A DNA stretch of 64,000 bases, taken from contig CP089275.1 in NCBI GenBank assembly GCA_023920165.1, positions 1,426,001-1,490,000 on the forward strand, read 5' to 3'. Shown piece after piece: positions 51,354 through 64,000 of the stretch (positions within the stretch are counted from its first letter, which is position 1; each line of letters starts with the position of its first letter). The notes under the pieces were generated by a model. It ran no database searches. It was not told where the DNA came from and saw only the letters and a program-made list of their open reading frames with translations. The stretch is from Curvularia clavata (taxonomy: Eukaryota). The position numbers and the translations under genes were made by a program.

Positions 51354-53214
51354 ACGTTGTGGATAAGCGAGCGCCGCAGGCAAGCGAGCGCCGCACCTCA
51401 CGAACTCTGCACACCTTTCCCATCATAACGAACAATGGCTCAACGCAGAGCTACTCTATTAGCCTCAAATAAAGCAGATATCCAGCTTGCTATTTCTTCT
51501 ATTAATTCTTATTAAATATAGAGTAATCGTCGTGCTGCTGCTATCTATAGCGTGTCTGAACGAATAATCCGCCGCCGACGCGCTGGCGTAACTGCCCGAC
51601 GCGATTGCCAGCCCAACTCAAAGAAGCTAACTAAGCTAGAAGAGGAGGTGATAGTTGACCACATACTTAATCTTGATTTACGTGGATTTGCGCCCACGTA
51701 CGCTGCTGTGCGCGATATGGCTAATAAGCTGCTGGCTGCGCGTAGCGCTGGCCAGGTTGGGCAGAAGTGGCCAGCCAACTTTGTCAAGCGTACAGACAAT
51801 CTTACGACACGTTTCAATCGGGCGTACGATAGACAGAGAGCTCTATATGAAGATCCAGTCTTAATTAAGAGCTGGTTTAAGCTTGTGGAGTAGATAAAGG
51901 CTAAGTACGGCATTCGTAACGAGGACGTCTACAACTTTGACGAAGCTGGCTTTATAATGGGCAAGATTACTACTTAGCTTGTCGTTACAGCGTTAGAGAG
52001 AAGAGGCTGGCCAAAGGCTATTCAGCTAGGTGGTTGCGAGTGGGTGACGTTTATCGCTGGGATTAATGCAGCTGGCTGGTCTATCCTACTGTTTCTAATC
52101 TTTACTGGTAAGTATCATCTATCTGCCTGGTACGAGGAGGCAGATATCCCACGTAACTGGGCGATCGCTGTTAGCGACAATGGCTGGATGACTAACGAGC
52201 TAGGAGTTGAGTGGCTAAAGCACTTTGACGCCTATATAAAGACTCGCGTTGTAGGCGCGCGCCGTCTACTTATCTTTGATGGCTATGAGAGCTATAACTT
52301 TCTTGCGTTTTAAGAGCTCTGTAAGGAGAACAACATCTACACGCTCTGTATGCCGCCTCACTCGTCTTACCTGCTCCAGCCTCTTGACGTTGGCTGTTTC
52401 TCGCTATTGAAGCGCGCGTATAGCCGTGAGGTGGAGAGTCTAATATGCAACTATATTAACTATATTACTAAGCTTGAGTTTCTGCCAGCATTTAAGGCAG
52501 CTTTTGATTAATCGTTTACGTCAGCTAATATCTGCTTAGCTTTTTAAGGCGTAGGCCTTGTTCCTCTCCAGCTAGATACTATTCTGTCAAAGCTTGACGT
52601 ACAGCTACGTACGCCAACTACGCCAGCTCTACCAGCTCTCGTAGAAGCTCTCTAGCAGGCCTGTACGCTGACCAACGTACGCGAGCTTAAAGCTTAATTA
52701 ATACTAATAAGTAATCGCGTTCGACAGTATAAAAGTTCGTTACTAGCTTTAATTATTGCAGCAATTGGCCAGCTTAAAAAGGGAGTAGAGATAATGATGC
52801 TTTTAGCTAAGCTAATGCGCGATTGAATCACTAGCCTTGAAAAGACTAACGAGGTAGCTATAAAACGTAGATAGCGTAAAAAGAAGTGTATACAGAAGCA
52901 AGGAGTGCTTATAAAGAGAGCTGGAGAGGATCTACTTACTTAACGCGAGGCTGATTAGCAGATTGCTCATGAAGAGCGTCAAGGAGGAGAGCAATTAGGT
53001 GTTAGCCGCCAGGCTCTCGCACGCTGTAGCAGGTGTAGAGAGACTGGCCATAACTCACGTACATATAAGAAAGATACTCTATATAATAATTAATCTACTA
53101 CGTTAATATAGATTAAGATAGTTCTAATGTGATAAAGCTACGCGCTTGTAAAGGTGCACAAAGTTGCTGGGGTGCGGCGCTCGCTTGCCTGCGGCGCTCG
53201 CTTATCCACAACGT
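51354..53214 (+). mobile_element. Full-length pogo/Fot1-family (Tc1-mariner) DNA transposon, RIP-inactivated
   Basis: 44-bp perfect TIRs ACGTTGTGGATAAGCGAGCGCCGCAGGCAAGCGAGCGCCGCACC with TA duplications at 51352-53 and 53215-16. Transposase remnants from ~51435 ([38 protein letters not shown], terminal zinc-knuckle relic) carry many TAA/TAG stops. Confidence 0.95.
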
Positions 53215-53586
53215 TACCAATCAATATGTGATGCATGTTCCATTCCTCCATGGATCTGATGCAACAATCTGATAAGATAATGAATCGGACATCTAGTCAC
53301 GTGGTATTCAAACTAGGACTAGCGTGGCTGAGAAGTATATAGTTAGACTGATTGGCTGATTTACATGGTTAGACGATTTAGATCAATTCTTTCAAAACAA
53401 TTCCCTTTGCTCAAAGATACTTCGGCTCCAACAGCCTCTCTACTACATCTCTATCATTATACATATTCTTATATTTAAGAGCTGAAATTCATCTTCTTTG
53501 TGTCCCAGCACCTCCTAGCGCAGAGGATATCAACTGGCACGTCTGTGCGACAGACTTGGGAGAGGTATATACAGTATTCGCACAAC

Positions 53587-54752
53587 ATGTCTAAATTGAC
53601 TCTACTACAAAGTATATGGATGTGGCTTTTCCAAACTTTAGCAAGCTACCTATTGAGCTACAAATTCACGTGCTTCGCTTCTGTAGTAGGGCAACGCTCT
53701 TTCGACTTATGCAAACTTTAGCCACACTTCGTCGTGAGGCTAGCAAACTATTTTAGTCGGATCTAGATTGCTAGTATCGCGTTGATGGTACTTAGCTACT
53801 TGCGGGAGGTTTTACTAGAGAGGCATACTACGCTATAAATTTTCTATGCTGGGTATAGTAGATTGAGATTATTTTTAAAGATATACAAAACATTATAGAT
53901 CTAGATAAAGAGCAAGAGATAAAAAAGAAGGAAAGGCCTTCTTCTAGAGAGTATTAGCAAATTTGCGACTTCTGGCGGCTAGTGTGGTGTTATTTCCTTT
54001 AGGTGGTCTGTATTGTTATAAGCGAGGACACGCCGCGATAAAGTTATTTAGTATCGCTTAAGAACATCCAGTAAATAGTGCAGGGATGCCCTAATAGAAT
54101 AGAGACGTTTGTATCTATAATAAGTAGTAGCAATGAGACGACAGCTATAGCGATACGATACTGGACTCGCTTTAGCGAGTTAGACAGAGACTAGGAAGCG
54201 ACAGAGGCAGAGTGGATACGACACAGTATTGTGCCGCCTGCCAAAGTGTGGAGTAGACCTGTAAGAGAATACGCTTAATCGCAGTACAAATATGAGCGAT
54301 ATAAAGAGATGACGCACGCTAGAGACATATTAACTATGCAGGCGATTAAAAGAAGCTGCTTTGGTAGGCAAGACAGGGCATTTTAGTGCTCAGGTTTTCA
54401 GTATAAAGAGCAGTTTGTAGATGGTAGAGAATAGGCAGCGCATGCAGTAGCATCTAGACACTATATATACGAAGAAGTACCCACAGAGTATAAGGAGCAG
54501 TATGATAGGTATGAAAAGGTAATGGAAACAGTATATAAAGAGAAGGCAAATAGGACTCAAAAGAGGATAAGGGAACGGTATAGAAAGGCAGGGGATGAGG
54601 AAAAGAGGAAGATTAAGCAGAGGTTCCTAGAACAATTGAGAAGCGATGCAGACTATGCGCAAAGCAAGGAAGTTGAAGAGAGTTTTATATAGAAGCGGTT
54701 TCGATTTGACATAGGAGATGCGAAGGTAGAGCAATTTTTCAAAAATTTCTAA
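53587..54752 (+). pseudogene. RIP-degraded hypothetical protein gene next to the transposon
   Basis: Coding-like frame (RREASKLF*SD..*YRVDGT*LLAGGF) in which stops fall where TGG/CAG codons are expected. TpA-rich. Confidence 0.55.
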
Positions 54753-55877
54753 AGAATCGTTTAGTATTTGGGATTGCATAGAGACAAATAAAGATAAGAT
54801 TCATGGAGACAGCAATCTGAGGCTAGGTTGATGCAGACTATGGTCAGAGCAAAGCAATTGAACAAAGCGAGATATGGATGCAATATTAAGTTTATATGGG
54901 GGAACGGGAAGAAGAGGAGGGGTATATAGGGTAGCTAGGGGACAGAAAAGTGGTGCAAAGAGGTACTATATAAATGCGCCGACCTCACAGCTCACTTGAT
55001 CATACGTACGAATTAAGCCCTTTTGTTTGAACGTGCTACAAGTTATGGAAGGACGCATAGATCAGTTGAGTCCCTTCTCGTGAAACTTCAGAGTCTCTTC
55101 GTTTGCTCTTAATAAACTCAATAGTTGATGTATTCTAGGCTAGGCTTGCAACTAGTATATGGGGACTCTATATACCAATTTCAAGTGGTACAAAGTAGGA
55201 TTAAATAAGTATTATCTTAATGGCAGTCCCAACTCTCTGTCTTAAAGCCCACGGCATGAAAGCCTAGACTATGTTGCAGCAATGAAGCGTAGGATACGTT
55301 ACACAAACCATAGGTCGGACGCATAAAGGCTGGTTCTTGTGATATGACGGAGTCAAGGTAATTATGAAGTTGATTTTATTTTATTTTTTTCAGAGTCGTC
55401 AAAATCACTGTTGGGTACACCAACTACCATCTCCTCAGTCAAGACATTGGGATCAATGGTGCTGATGTTGTGGTGAGACCAACTTAGTAGAATTGGCTTT
55501 TGGGACTATGTCAATGCTATTCATAAGGTAGAGCTTATCTATGAGATCTTTTCTGATGCCCAAAACGATGTATCGCTTCCAGATAGTTTGCCAGCTCACA
55601 CTCGGGGTAAATGCTAGGCCCCTTCGTGAGGAAACTGGCAGTAGCATTGAATTTGTCAACAGATCCAGGGAACTGAAGATCTCGCGATCAGGGCAGATTC
55701 TGGAATGTTGGAACCGGGTCCATGAGATCTGTAAGGATGATATCATTCGGATATTACTTTTCAATGTGCTGTCTGGTGTTTTATAGTCGGAACGGACCCA
55801 TCGCCCACTAGCTATATACTTCTATTAGCCTGAACCATTTAGCTTCAGCTGATGTGTTTAGGTAATCATTTACTGAG

Positions 55878-55980
55878 AATGTCTCTCATCTCAATACATA
55901 TAATTTATCAGTGCAATAGAGCACCCACACGGCTTGTCCAGTCTGGACAGCCTGCTCCTTGCTAATGCAAAACTTGCGTA
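55878..55980 (-). pseudogene. Degenerate fragment resembling the C-terminus of HET-6-like proteins
   Basis: Reads RKFCISKEQAVQTGQAVWVLYCTDKLYVLR, similar to the R(R)FF.T...GD.V.VL.G...P.VLR tail of HET-6-like proteins. Surrounding frames are broken. Confidence 0.3.
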
Positions 55981-57798
55981 GAACGGTTTCTAAGTGGAGA
56001 TCCAAAGACACTATAGTGAAAACACTGCCAAGTATAAGCATATGGAGATTGTCTGATCACTTCTTTTCCGCAAGACAGAGTTAGCTTAATGCTTCACTAA
56101 AGATGACTAAAGGTCAACGAACCCCTGCAACAAGCGCCTAGATTGGATTAGCAAATCCTTCTTCGTCATCGGGAGAATAAACCTGCCAGAAATTGGCGAG
56201 TGCTACTGCTCTGCTGAAGTAGCGCAATTTTTGACGCTGAGGTCATTTCTGGATCCGACAAAGCACTCCAGGCTAGCAAAGTCATGAGGAGAGACATATC
56301 GCTAACAACTATAGGCGGCTTTTCCAGGTCCTTCTCTAGCGGTACTCTTCACATGCACCTCTCTGTCGAATGAATTTAGGACCGTGATCACTCATTTTGT
56401 TGATAAGACAGTCTTTGGATATGCAAAAGAGAAAGCCTGACGAACACGAAACACATGTCGGACCTCTCGAAAGACTTGTTTACTTAACACCTGCCTTGCA
56501 ACGATTAAAACCCCAAGTATTTAGGGTAGTAGATCCAATCGTCTCATCTCCACTCGTGAAGTCCCTCCGTGCGCGATGACGAATTTAATTTGTCGGAAGT
56601 TGACATACGACATCCTCTTCTGTTCCTTTCAGTGCACAGGAGTTTCAACACGCTGCACCTGCACTGAAAGAGATATCATTACAGGAATACAACAATCTGC
56701 TCCATTAGCGCTTCTAAGCTTGGTAGTATGTACACCGACCTCATGCTATTGATCAAGTCAAGTGATTGTATGCAAACCAGATTACCTGCATAGATAGGGG
56801 TTACATAACTAAATAAGCTTCCGCGCGTTTCCGGACCCATGATGAAGCCCCAGATGTACGGTGTTGCAGGGGTGAATAATTAGAGCAGGAATATTCCTGA
56901 TCGGTTTGTAGGTGGCGAGAACAAAATTTAGATCAGACCTGTACAAGCTCCACCATGATTGTTTGCTCATGCGACACTAGCTTCCATGAGAGAGGTGCAT
57001 AAAGAAGGCCAGTAAAAGGTCCAGACTGTGGCTGTGGCTGTGCAAGGTGAAGGTGTTGGTATATCGGTAGATTGTTGTTGCTTTGGGCTAAGCGTGGTCC
57101 CTGGCATATCAACTACTAGTGCTGAGGCAGGCATCTTGCAGACTTAAGATAGATCTGGTCTTTTGATTGGTTCGAAAATTGGTGGCTGTATCCATGATGC
57201 GTACAAGGTCTTAGTAAAGTGAGCCAGCTACAGCAACACATCTGCATATCTATATTGGCATTCGATCGCTTGGTGCATTCTTGACTGAGTGGCTTGTAAG
57301 TGACCTGGGAGTGTAGGCACCTCGCCCATTATATTTTCATATACAGAGCGTAATCATTACTTGCATCTACTGAGCATGTACGCCATCCCGATGTTGTGTA
57401 ATTCCTGCCAGCTAGGACCGCAACTGGAAACTAGAAAGGTATCACCAAGCCAGAAAAGAATTTACATGAGAATAGTGCTCCAAGCCGAGTCACTCAGCTC
57501 ACAAGTCTCTCCCTTCCCAGCATCATCTCATCACTCTTAATCCTCTGCTCAAATCCACAACAAGAGCAGCCGTCATTATGTGGGAAACGCGCTGGAGGCC
57601 AACGCGAAAGATTGTATTGTAGACCGAAATACACAATGGGTATAGAACCATGCTGATGACGATCGTAGACCAGAGAAAAAAAATTGTGTACCTTCTGTTG
57701 GCAATCTTGACAAAAGACGCCAATGAAACAAAACTACATGAAGAAGAAGGCATGGCAAATGCGGCCAGGGATCATGGTATGAATTCTTGACCGCACAT

Positions 57799-59550
57799 TC
57801 ATGAGCTTCGCGGGTTGCTTGAAGGCGTCTTGTTTACTAGGCTCGAAAAGAAGGAACGCAATTTCTCGTTGTCATTGATATTGGTATCCTGTGTTTTGGG
57901 CGGTGGGGTCTCAGGCTCGTCTAGTCGGCTAGCTTGGCGGTCCTAGAAGAAGGTCAGTTGCTATCGAAAGTTTTGTTCAGAGATTGTCATGAAACCCACC
58001 TGTAGTCTCTTGACCATTTCGTCAGCGTTTACTTGAATACCACCCATGTTGAATTGAACAGGACCAATGTGCTCCTCAACCACTCCCGATGCATCGTCGG
58101 CCCACACCCGAGACACAGGTTCTTGTTCTTTACGCGCAGCTTTAAGGGCAGCTTCAGCTTCATCTTCTCGCCGCAGATACTCCAGAGCACTGACTTGCTC
58201 AGCAAGGAATGCTTGCGGGTCTTTGCTAGACACCTCGATGCTGTTGGCTTGTTTCGATAGGCTCGATAGTGCGTAGTCTGACTCAGGATTCCGAATCGTC
58301 TCCTCGTAGATTGAAGTGGCCGTGGGACCCTGCTCCCCCTCTTCAGCGGTCGGTGTCGGCGCTGATTCGCCGTTGGTTTGATCCTCTCCTTCGGCAGGCG
58401 CGGGTGCTTGGCCATTGGTTGGTCGCATATGCTTAGGAATATCAATATCAACACTCCATTTCTCGCTGATGCCCTCGACGTCGAATCCTTCGCGCAAAAT
58501 GCGAATTTTGGCCCATGAATCCCAGTTCGGAGGTACCAGCACTCGATCCCGGTCTGTGACGTTGTGCCTCAACTGCTCTTGTTTCAATAGCGATTTGATA
58601 CCCAAAGTGGAGTGAATGAGTGTTTGTAGTGAACCTGGTGCAGTCGGCATAGTGTAGATCAGGCTAGATCCGTGTTTGAGGAGAATCGTGCGCATGTACT
58701 GAAGGATGAAGTCGAATTCCTCCTCTTTCCATCCTCGCTCCTTTTCCAATGTCTCGATTTTGTCGGCGTTCTGGCAAACAACACACAGCGGGATGCCGAG
58801 AGGCTCGTCCCATTCACCAGGGCCGAGCGGGACCTTCACACCTTCCATGCTGCTTCCCTCGGCGGCCAGGCTACGTCCCTTGTCTTGCAAAGCCTGAATG
58901 TTCTCCTCCAAGGCAACTTTGGATGCATCATCGAGCGAGACAATTAATGATCTTAGCACTCGTATCCAGTCGCGAAGCTGCCGTATCCATAGCCATGGAT
59001 GGTTCCAGTCCAGGAGTATTACAATGAGCATATGCGGGAGCGTCCTTGGATTGAGATATGGCTTGATCAGTGGCGTGAAGGAGGGCGAAGGATTTGCGAG
59101 GAGATAGAGCGACAAGCGAGCAAGTGTGTCTGACGGTGTTAGCACGAGTGAATTGACAGTGTGTTACAGCAACAGCACCCACCCTCATGATCTGTATCTA
59201 GGACGTCTTGATAGGTGTATCCGAGGGCGAACTGATTCGCAATAGGTGGCTTTCTGCCTCGATCCGGCGGTCTCCGGTTGTTCGCAGAGTCTGTCGAGAC
59301 TGATTCGAGAAAGTCGCGCTGTGTTTCTGGTGTTCCGCCTGCCGCCCTTGAATTAGCTTGGTCCCCTATACCGCCTTTCGGGGGGCTCACCCAGGACTAA
59401 TAGACTCTTCTCTGGCAGTCGCTTTCCGCTCGAGATGTTGTCCAGCATGGGCTTCCATATCTCCTCTCTGTCTGCGTCTGCAGTGCCGGGCCGTTCGTGG
59501 TTGCCCGGGACGCGCGTGGGGAAGTTGGGGGTGCGGCGCGCGCTGGCCAT
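57799..59550 (-). CDS. Cytoplasmic dynein light intermediate chain
   Basis: IWKPMLDNISSGKRLPEKSLLVLG|GTPETQRDFL, ANQFALGYTY, ILLDWNHPW, PLCVVCQNAD and VPPNWDSWAKIRILREGF. Three introns. Confidence 0.9.
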
Positions 59551-59825
59551 TGCGGAGGTGCTGGTGAGTGAGACGGACGTGCTGCAGTATTTTCTAGTCG
59601 TGGGGACGGTCAGCTCGCGAAAGGCCAGACAATGAGTCGCAGAAGTGAACGAGGCAATGCGGCGGCCAAGGTGCGTGTCTTGCGGGGTTGGTGGTGGTGT
59701 AGTTCGTTGTTTCCACGTCGTAGTGGGCACCTTTTCTGCAGGGATGTTGCTCCTGGCCCAGCCCGAGCTTCAAAAGTTGACCGACTACTCTGCCAAACCC
59801 TCACCACCACCACAGTCCCCCCACC

Positions 59826-60788
59826 ATGAACTCGATACGTGCGATTCAGGAGCTGAACAAGCGCGAACTCGAGGCTGGCATCAGCCCTGAAGGTTCGTGG
59901 CATACCGACTACCGCGACACCGCTTTCATCTACATTGGCGGTCTTCCTTTTGAACTCACTGAGGGTGACATCATTACAATATTTTCCCAGTACGGCGAAC
60001 CAGTCTGGATAAAACTCGCACGCGACAAAGAGACGGGAAAGTCGCGGGGTTTCGCGTGGATAAAATATGAGGACCAGCGGAGTTGCGACCTGGCTGTTGA
60101 TAATTTGGGTGGGGCAAACATCATGGACCGAATCATTAGGGTGGACCATGCGCGGTACAAGCCCAAGGATGACGAAGATATGAGAGACAATACCATGGGA
60201 GAGGTTCAGGTTGACCCAGAAGCCGATTCTGATAGTGGGAGAAGGAAGCGGAGGAAGACTGAAAGCGAGTCTGACTCTGACGAAGATCGACCACTGCTGC
60301 CGGAAGAGATAGAACTAGGCCGACTCATGGAGAAACTGGACGAAGAGGATCCGATGCGCGAATCTCTGATCAAGCGACAACAGGAAAAAGTGGATGATGC
60401 AGTCAAGAGAATGAAGAAACAAAGGCGGAAAGAAAAGGAGAGGTCAAGGAGAAAGGACAGACACAGTCGGAGAGATGGATCAAGAGATCGTGACCGCGAC
60501 CGCGACCGGGATAGGAGACGGATCAAGGAACATGGCGAACATGAAGAGCGGGATAGGCGTTCGCGACGGAAAGAGCATCGAAGTAGAAGCCGTGACAGAA
60601 GCCGACACCACTCAGAGGACAGACATCGTCGACACCGGTCAGAACGAGACCGAGATCAGAGTGAGGATTCTCGAGATCACCACCGAAAGCGCGACCGTCG
60701 ACGGTCCGTGTCTGGTGAAAGAGAGAGGAGGCGCTCGCGCACAAAGGACTCACGATCGCCTTTGCCATATCGAGCTCGCTCGCCTTAA
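59826..60788 (+). CDS. IST3: RES complex / U2 snRNP RRM protein Ist3/Snu17 (RBMX2)
   Basis: SWHTDYRDTAFIYIGGLPFELTEGD, KSRGFAWIKYEDQRSCDLAVDNL and an R/D/S-rich tail. Confidence 0.92.
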   Translation: MNSIRAIQELNKRELEAGISPEGSWHTDYRDTAFIYIGGLPFELTEGDIITIFSQYGEPVWIKLARDKETGKSRGFAWIKYEDQRSCDLAVDNLGGANIMDRIIRVDHARYKPKDDEDMRDNTMGEVQVDPEADSDSGRRKRRKTESESDSDEDRPLLPEEIELGRLMEKLDEEDPMRESLIKRQQEKVDDAVKRMKKQRRKEKERSRRKDRHSRRDGSRDRDRDRDRDRRRIKEHGEHEERDRRSRRKEHRSRSRDRSRHHSEDRHRRHRSERDRDQSEDSRDHHRKRDRRRSVSGERERRRSRTKDSRSPLPYRARSP

Positions 60789-61866
60789 CCAAGCGTCAGA
60801 GTCGCCGCAATATCTAAAACACGAATGCCTTTCTCTTTCACTACATCCTGGTGCCTAAGTGATGTGGACTTATACGAGTCCAGCTTATGGCGTAATTTTG
60901 CTTCAACAAACTAGTACGCGTATCTCTAATACGCTGCCTAGTAACAATATTTCATCAAATGCAGGCAAGCAGCTCCTTAGTCTCTTGATAATTAAAAATC
61001 GGTAAACAAAGAAGAACACGTAGTCAAAGACAATGATTCAAATGAGCGGTAGCTTGGACATACTACATTCGATATAGGTTAAAGTACTCCATACGTAATG
61101 AAAATTCCCTGCGCCGACCTTCTCTCTGCTTAGAAACTTACTTGACGAAGTCAATGATTTCTCTGTAATGAACGTAAAGCGAATGTAAGCATTGCAGCAG
61201 TATAATAGAATGAGTATCGGCAAATGTCTGAACGTTATGAACGGGAGAAAGCAAACTTCGTCCACCAGACACAAGATACATATATTTTCTTCCAATTCTC
61301 TTGAACATTTATTTCTAGAAGAAAATATCGCATGAGATAGCATACACCACTGATCGTCATCATTGTCTTTGTCGTCGTTGCAGATGCCATCAACTGCTTT
61401 TCTCAAATTCTTCTTTTTGTTCATTCAGCCGGCACCGTTGCACTTCGAGGTGGACGGTGCACCACTGAGCCGTTGGAAATCAACAAATTCAACAAAGCTT
61501 GTGTTTCATGCAGGCAAAGCATACCCTTGCAACGGAGATTTTGGCGAGTTGTTACGACCTAGTGCTTTTCACTGACTCGATTTACGCCCACCGTCATCAT
61601 GCCTGAACCTAAGTTGGAGTTTCGAAAAGCAGGGTAACGATATTTGAGCAAGCACATGTCAATCTAGCGGGCTACAGGAAACGAATCAGAAAGGACTAAC
61701 AAACACCTCAAGAATCACTCGGCTTGCCAATTGCCCTTTTGCATATACAGAGAAAGTCAGAAAACGTCTTTATTCCAAAATTATAACGACCGGAAACCCT
61801 TGCGCCACAAACTCCCAGAAGTATTTCACATGATGACGACATGACAATTCGAATACCGCTCGTTGC

Positions 61867-62512
61867 CTATTCCTCATCCTCTTCGCCCTCATCCCCACTT
61901 TTGCTAGTCTCTGCTTCGAGATCTGGTTCTTCCTCTCTATTCTCCTCTGTCTCGGATTTTGCCGTAGCATCACTATCATAGTCCGGTCGCACTACTTGTA
62001 TTTCCTTCTTCGCAAGCGCAGATTCGATCAGTGGAGCAGCGGCAAGTAGTGCGTTGTATTGGTCGATTGTAAGAGAGATGCCCTGTATTTGTTAGGGTCA
62101 CAATCTTACGCTGGGATACAAGACACCATGAACGTACCTTTTTTCCAGGTTTCGTCTCTCCAGAATCTGTGACATAGTATTCACGGATGCTGACGAATGT
62201 GTTCTTGTTGAAGTCGCTGACTGTGACACGTCGTTTACCGCTACTGTTTAACTGTCCTTCTGATCAGCACCATCCCTCTCATTCTGACTTTGTGGAGTCA
62301 GGCTCTCTGATAGCGCCACATACGCTAACGAATGGATCTCCGTTGTCGTCTGTCTTGAGTTCGGGGACGACAGGGATCGAATCATCGTCTTCATCGCCCT
62401 TGACTTTCTTGCTTGCGCGTGGTGCGCTATCATCTTCGTCGGGTGAGGAACGCTTATTTGTGAAGCCTTTTTTGAAGCCACCTCGGGCACCGCCCCGTTT
62501 AAAGCCTGCCAT
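61867..62512 (-). CDS. SUB1: Transcriptional coactivator PC4/Sub1
   Basis: KRRVTVSDFNKNTFVSIREYY...PGKK|GISLTIDQYNAL PC4 domain and an acidic tail. Two introns. Confidence 0.88.
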
Positions 62513-62739
62513 TGAAGGACTGGAAGCGCATGCAATAGCGTGGGGAGTGGTTGGGATTACGATTACAGCGATGACGCAGGGCAGCCTTGACGCGCTAGAA
62601 AAGCGCGCTAGAGACGCGATCACATGATATGTCTCCAGAGCCAGATCAACGCGCATGGAAGGGTAACGAGTGTTTCTATACTATGGAAGCGAGTGTCGGG
62701 GTTCATAAATCTATATGGCTTTTGATGTGTGGACAACGT

Positions 62740-63777
62740 TCACATCGCATGTCCGACTTCTTCTGCTCTCTTTTTACTAGGAGCCTCACTCCACGGTCTT
62801 GACGGTCGAGCTTGCTGTGATTTTTCTGCCTTCTGTACAATCGACGATCCCGAAATACTGCTCTGAGACCCAATCGACAGTCTTGCCTCTTCGCTCATAA
62901 CGGTTCCTGTGCGTCCCATCTCTAGGCTCCTGCCTGCTGAATCTTTTTTCTGGGCACTGTTCCACGCCGTCGCAGTGGCGTCGTCCTGATTTAGAGGCAT
63001 TTCCGGATCATAAACACTCGGTGGCCGACTGTGCACCGAAGGTGGTAAGACTGTGCTGTATCCATGGGTCATGCCCAGTCCGGATGCTGTGGGTTCAAAA
63101 GAGCAGCTTTCCTTCTCTTTAGCGCGCCTGCATGCATCCACAGTTGCCGTGATAAAGGTGATTAAGAACAGTATCCATCCAGTACCAGCCGCCGCAGTGT
63201 AGATCAGACTAAGGTCTACGAGCACGGCAAACGCCCTAAGTTCCGGAGAAGCCGATGTATCAAGAGTTCTCTTCCCGAATGCATCCAGGTTCAGGGCGAA
63301 ACTAAGAGAAATGCCAGCCGCTGCCCCCATAACACACATGCTCACGCATTCCATGGGGATCATGATTGCGGAGCGGATTCGTGTAGTTGGTAGAATCGTT
63401 GCCAAAACTATGGCAATACCCATCAAAGAAGAAAAGGCAGCCTATGTCGTCAGTGCTGTTCCAAATGGATGGTCAAAAGACCTACCGATGCAACAGAAAT
63501 CCACATCTTGATTGCACTATCAAGAACTGTACCAAAGAATCCGGTCCAGCGTTGTTCCATCTCTTGTGACCCAAATTGAACATTGTCAAGAATGGTCTTG
63601 TGACGCACTTGAATATCATGAATGATAAACATAGCTGTATGATACTGTCAGTTTGCTGAGCCTATTTTACATAAGTTCTAATTTGCACTTACACCAAGCG
63701 CCCACTCCAGCCACTCCCAGCACGACAATGAGGGCCATCACCCTCAGAGCTAACACTGTCGATTTACCGCATCCCAT
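62740..63777 (-). CDS. Hypothetical four-TM (MARVEL-like) membrane protein
   Basis: MGCGKSTVLALRVMALIVVLGVAGVGAW exon, an intron, then a long ORF with further hydrophobic helices and a polar tail. Confidence 0.65.
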
Positions 63778-64000
63778 TTTGGAATTATATACAAAATGAA
63801 CGTATATACTTAAAGAAGAAGGAAAAAAAAAGGTGTACAAGGATTAGCACAGTCCAGCTGGCAGCAGCTTCCAGAGCGCTAGGATAGAAGGGAATAAGTT
63901 AGGGAAAGTGGGTTGCAAACGCTGATAGAGATTTCGTATCTAACTATGGGCGAGCATAGTTATAGAGAGAAACATCACAAAGCAGTGCTTTCGGAGACGT

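Noticed and set aside
60480..60740. Repetitive purine-rich tract
   Set aside because: It is the RD/RS-rich coding tail of Ist3, not an array.

Overview
Filamentous ascomycete DNA. The short GT-AG introns with CTRAC/CTAAT branch sites, RIP-mutated repeats and gene content fit a Dothideomycete/Pleosporales-like genome (inference). The main element is a ~27 kb, nine-gene secondary-metabolite cluster (~4.6-31.6 kb): RTA1/Rsb1-like lipid translocase, FSH1/LovG-type serine hydrolase, Zn2Cys6 regulator, DHA2-type MFS pump, a full highly reducing PKS (KS-AT-DH-cMT-ER-KR-ACP), FAD monooxygenase, two SDRs and a P450. I could not match it to a characterised pathway. A shared motif, CGGCGACWT(T), lies upstream of every transcription unit in the cluster and gives sequence-based boundaries. 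The flanks hold a PQ-loop gene that appears to use a 1-nt exon, Bax inhibitor, a ceramide synthase, a PTP-like phosphatase, an unannotated 105-aa Cys-rich secreted protein, a PTH11-like receptor, a secreted dioxygenase-like protein, a RIP-inactivated pogo/Fot1 transposon with an adjacent RIP-damaged gene, dynein light intermediate chain, Ist3/Snu17 and Sub1/PC4. Exon structures were read by eye and are unverified by transcript data.
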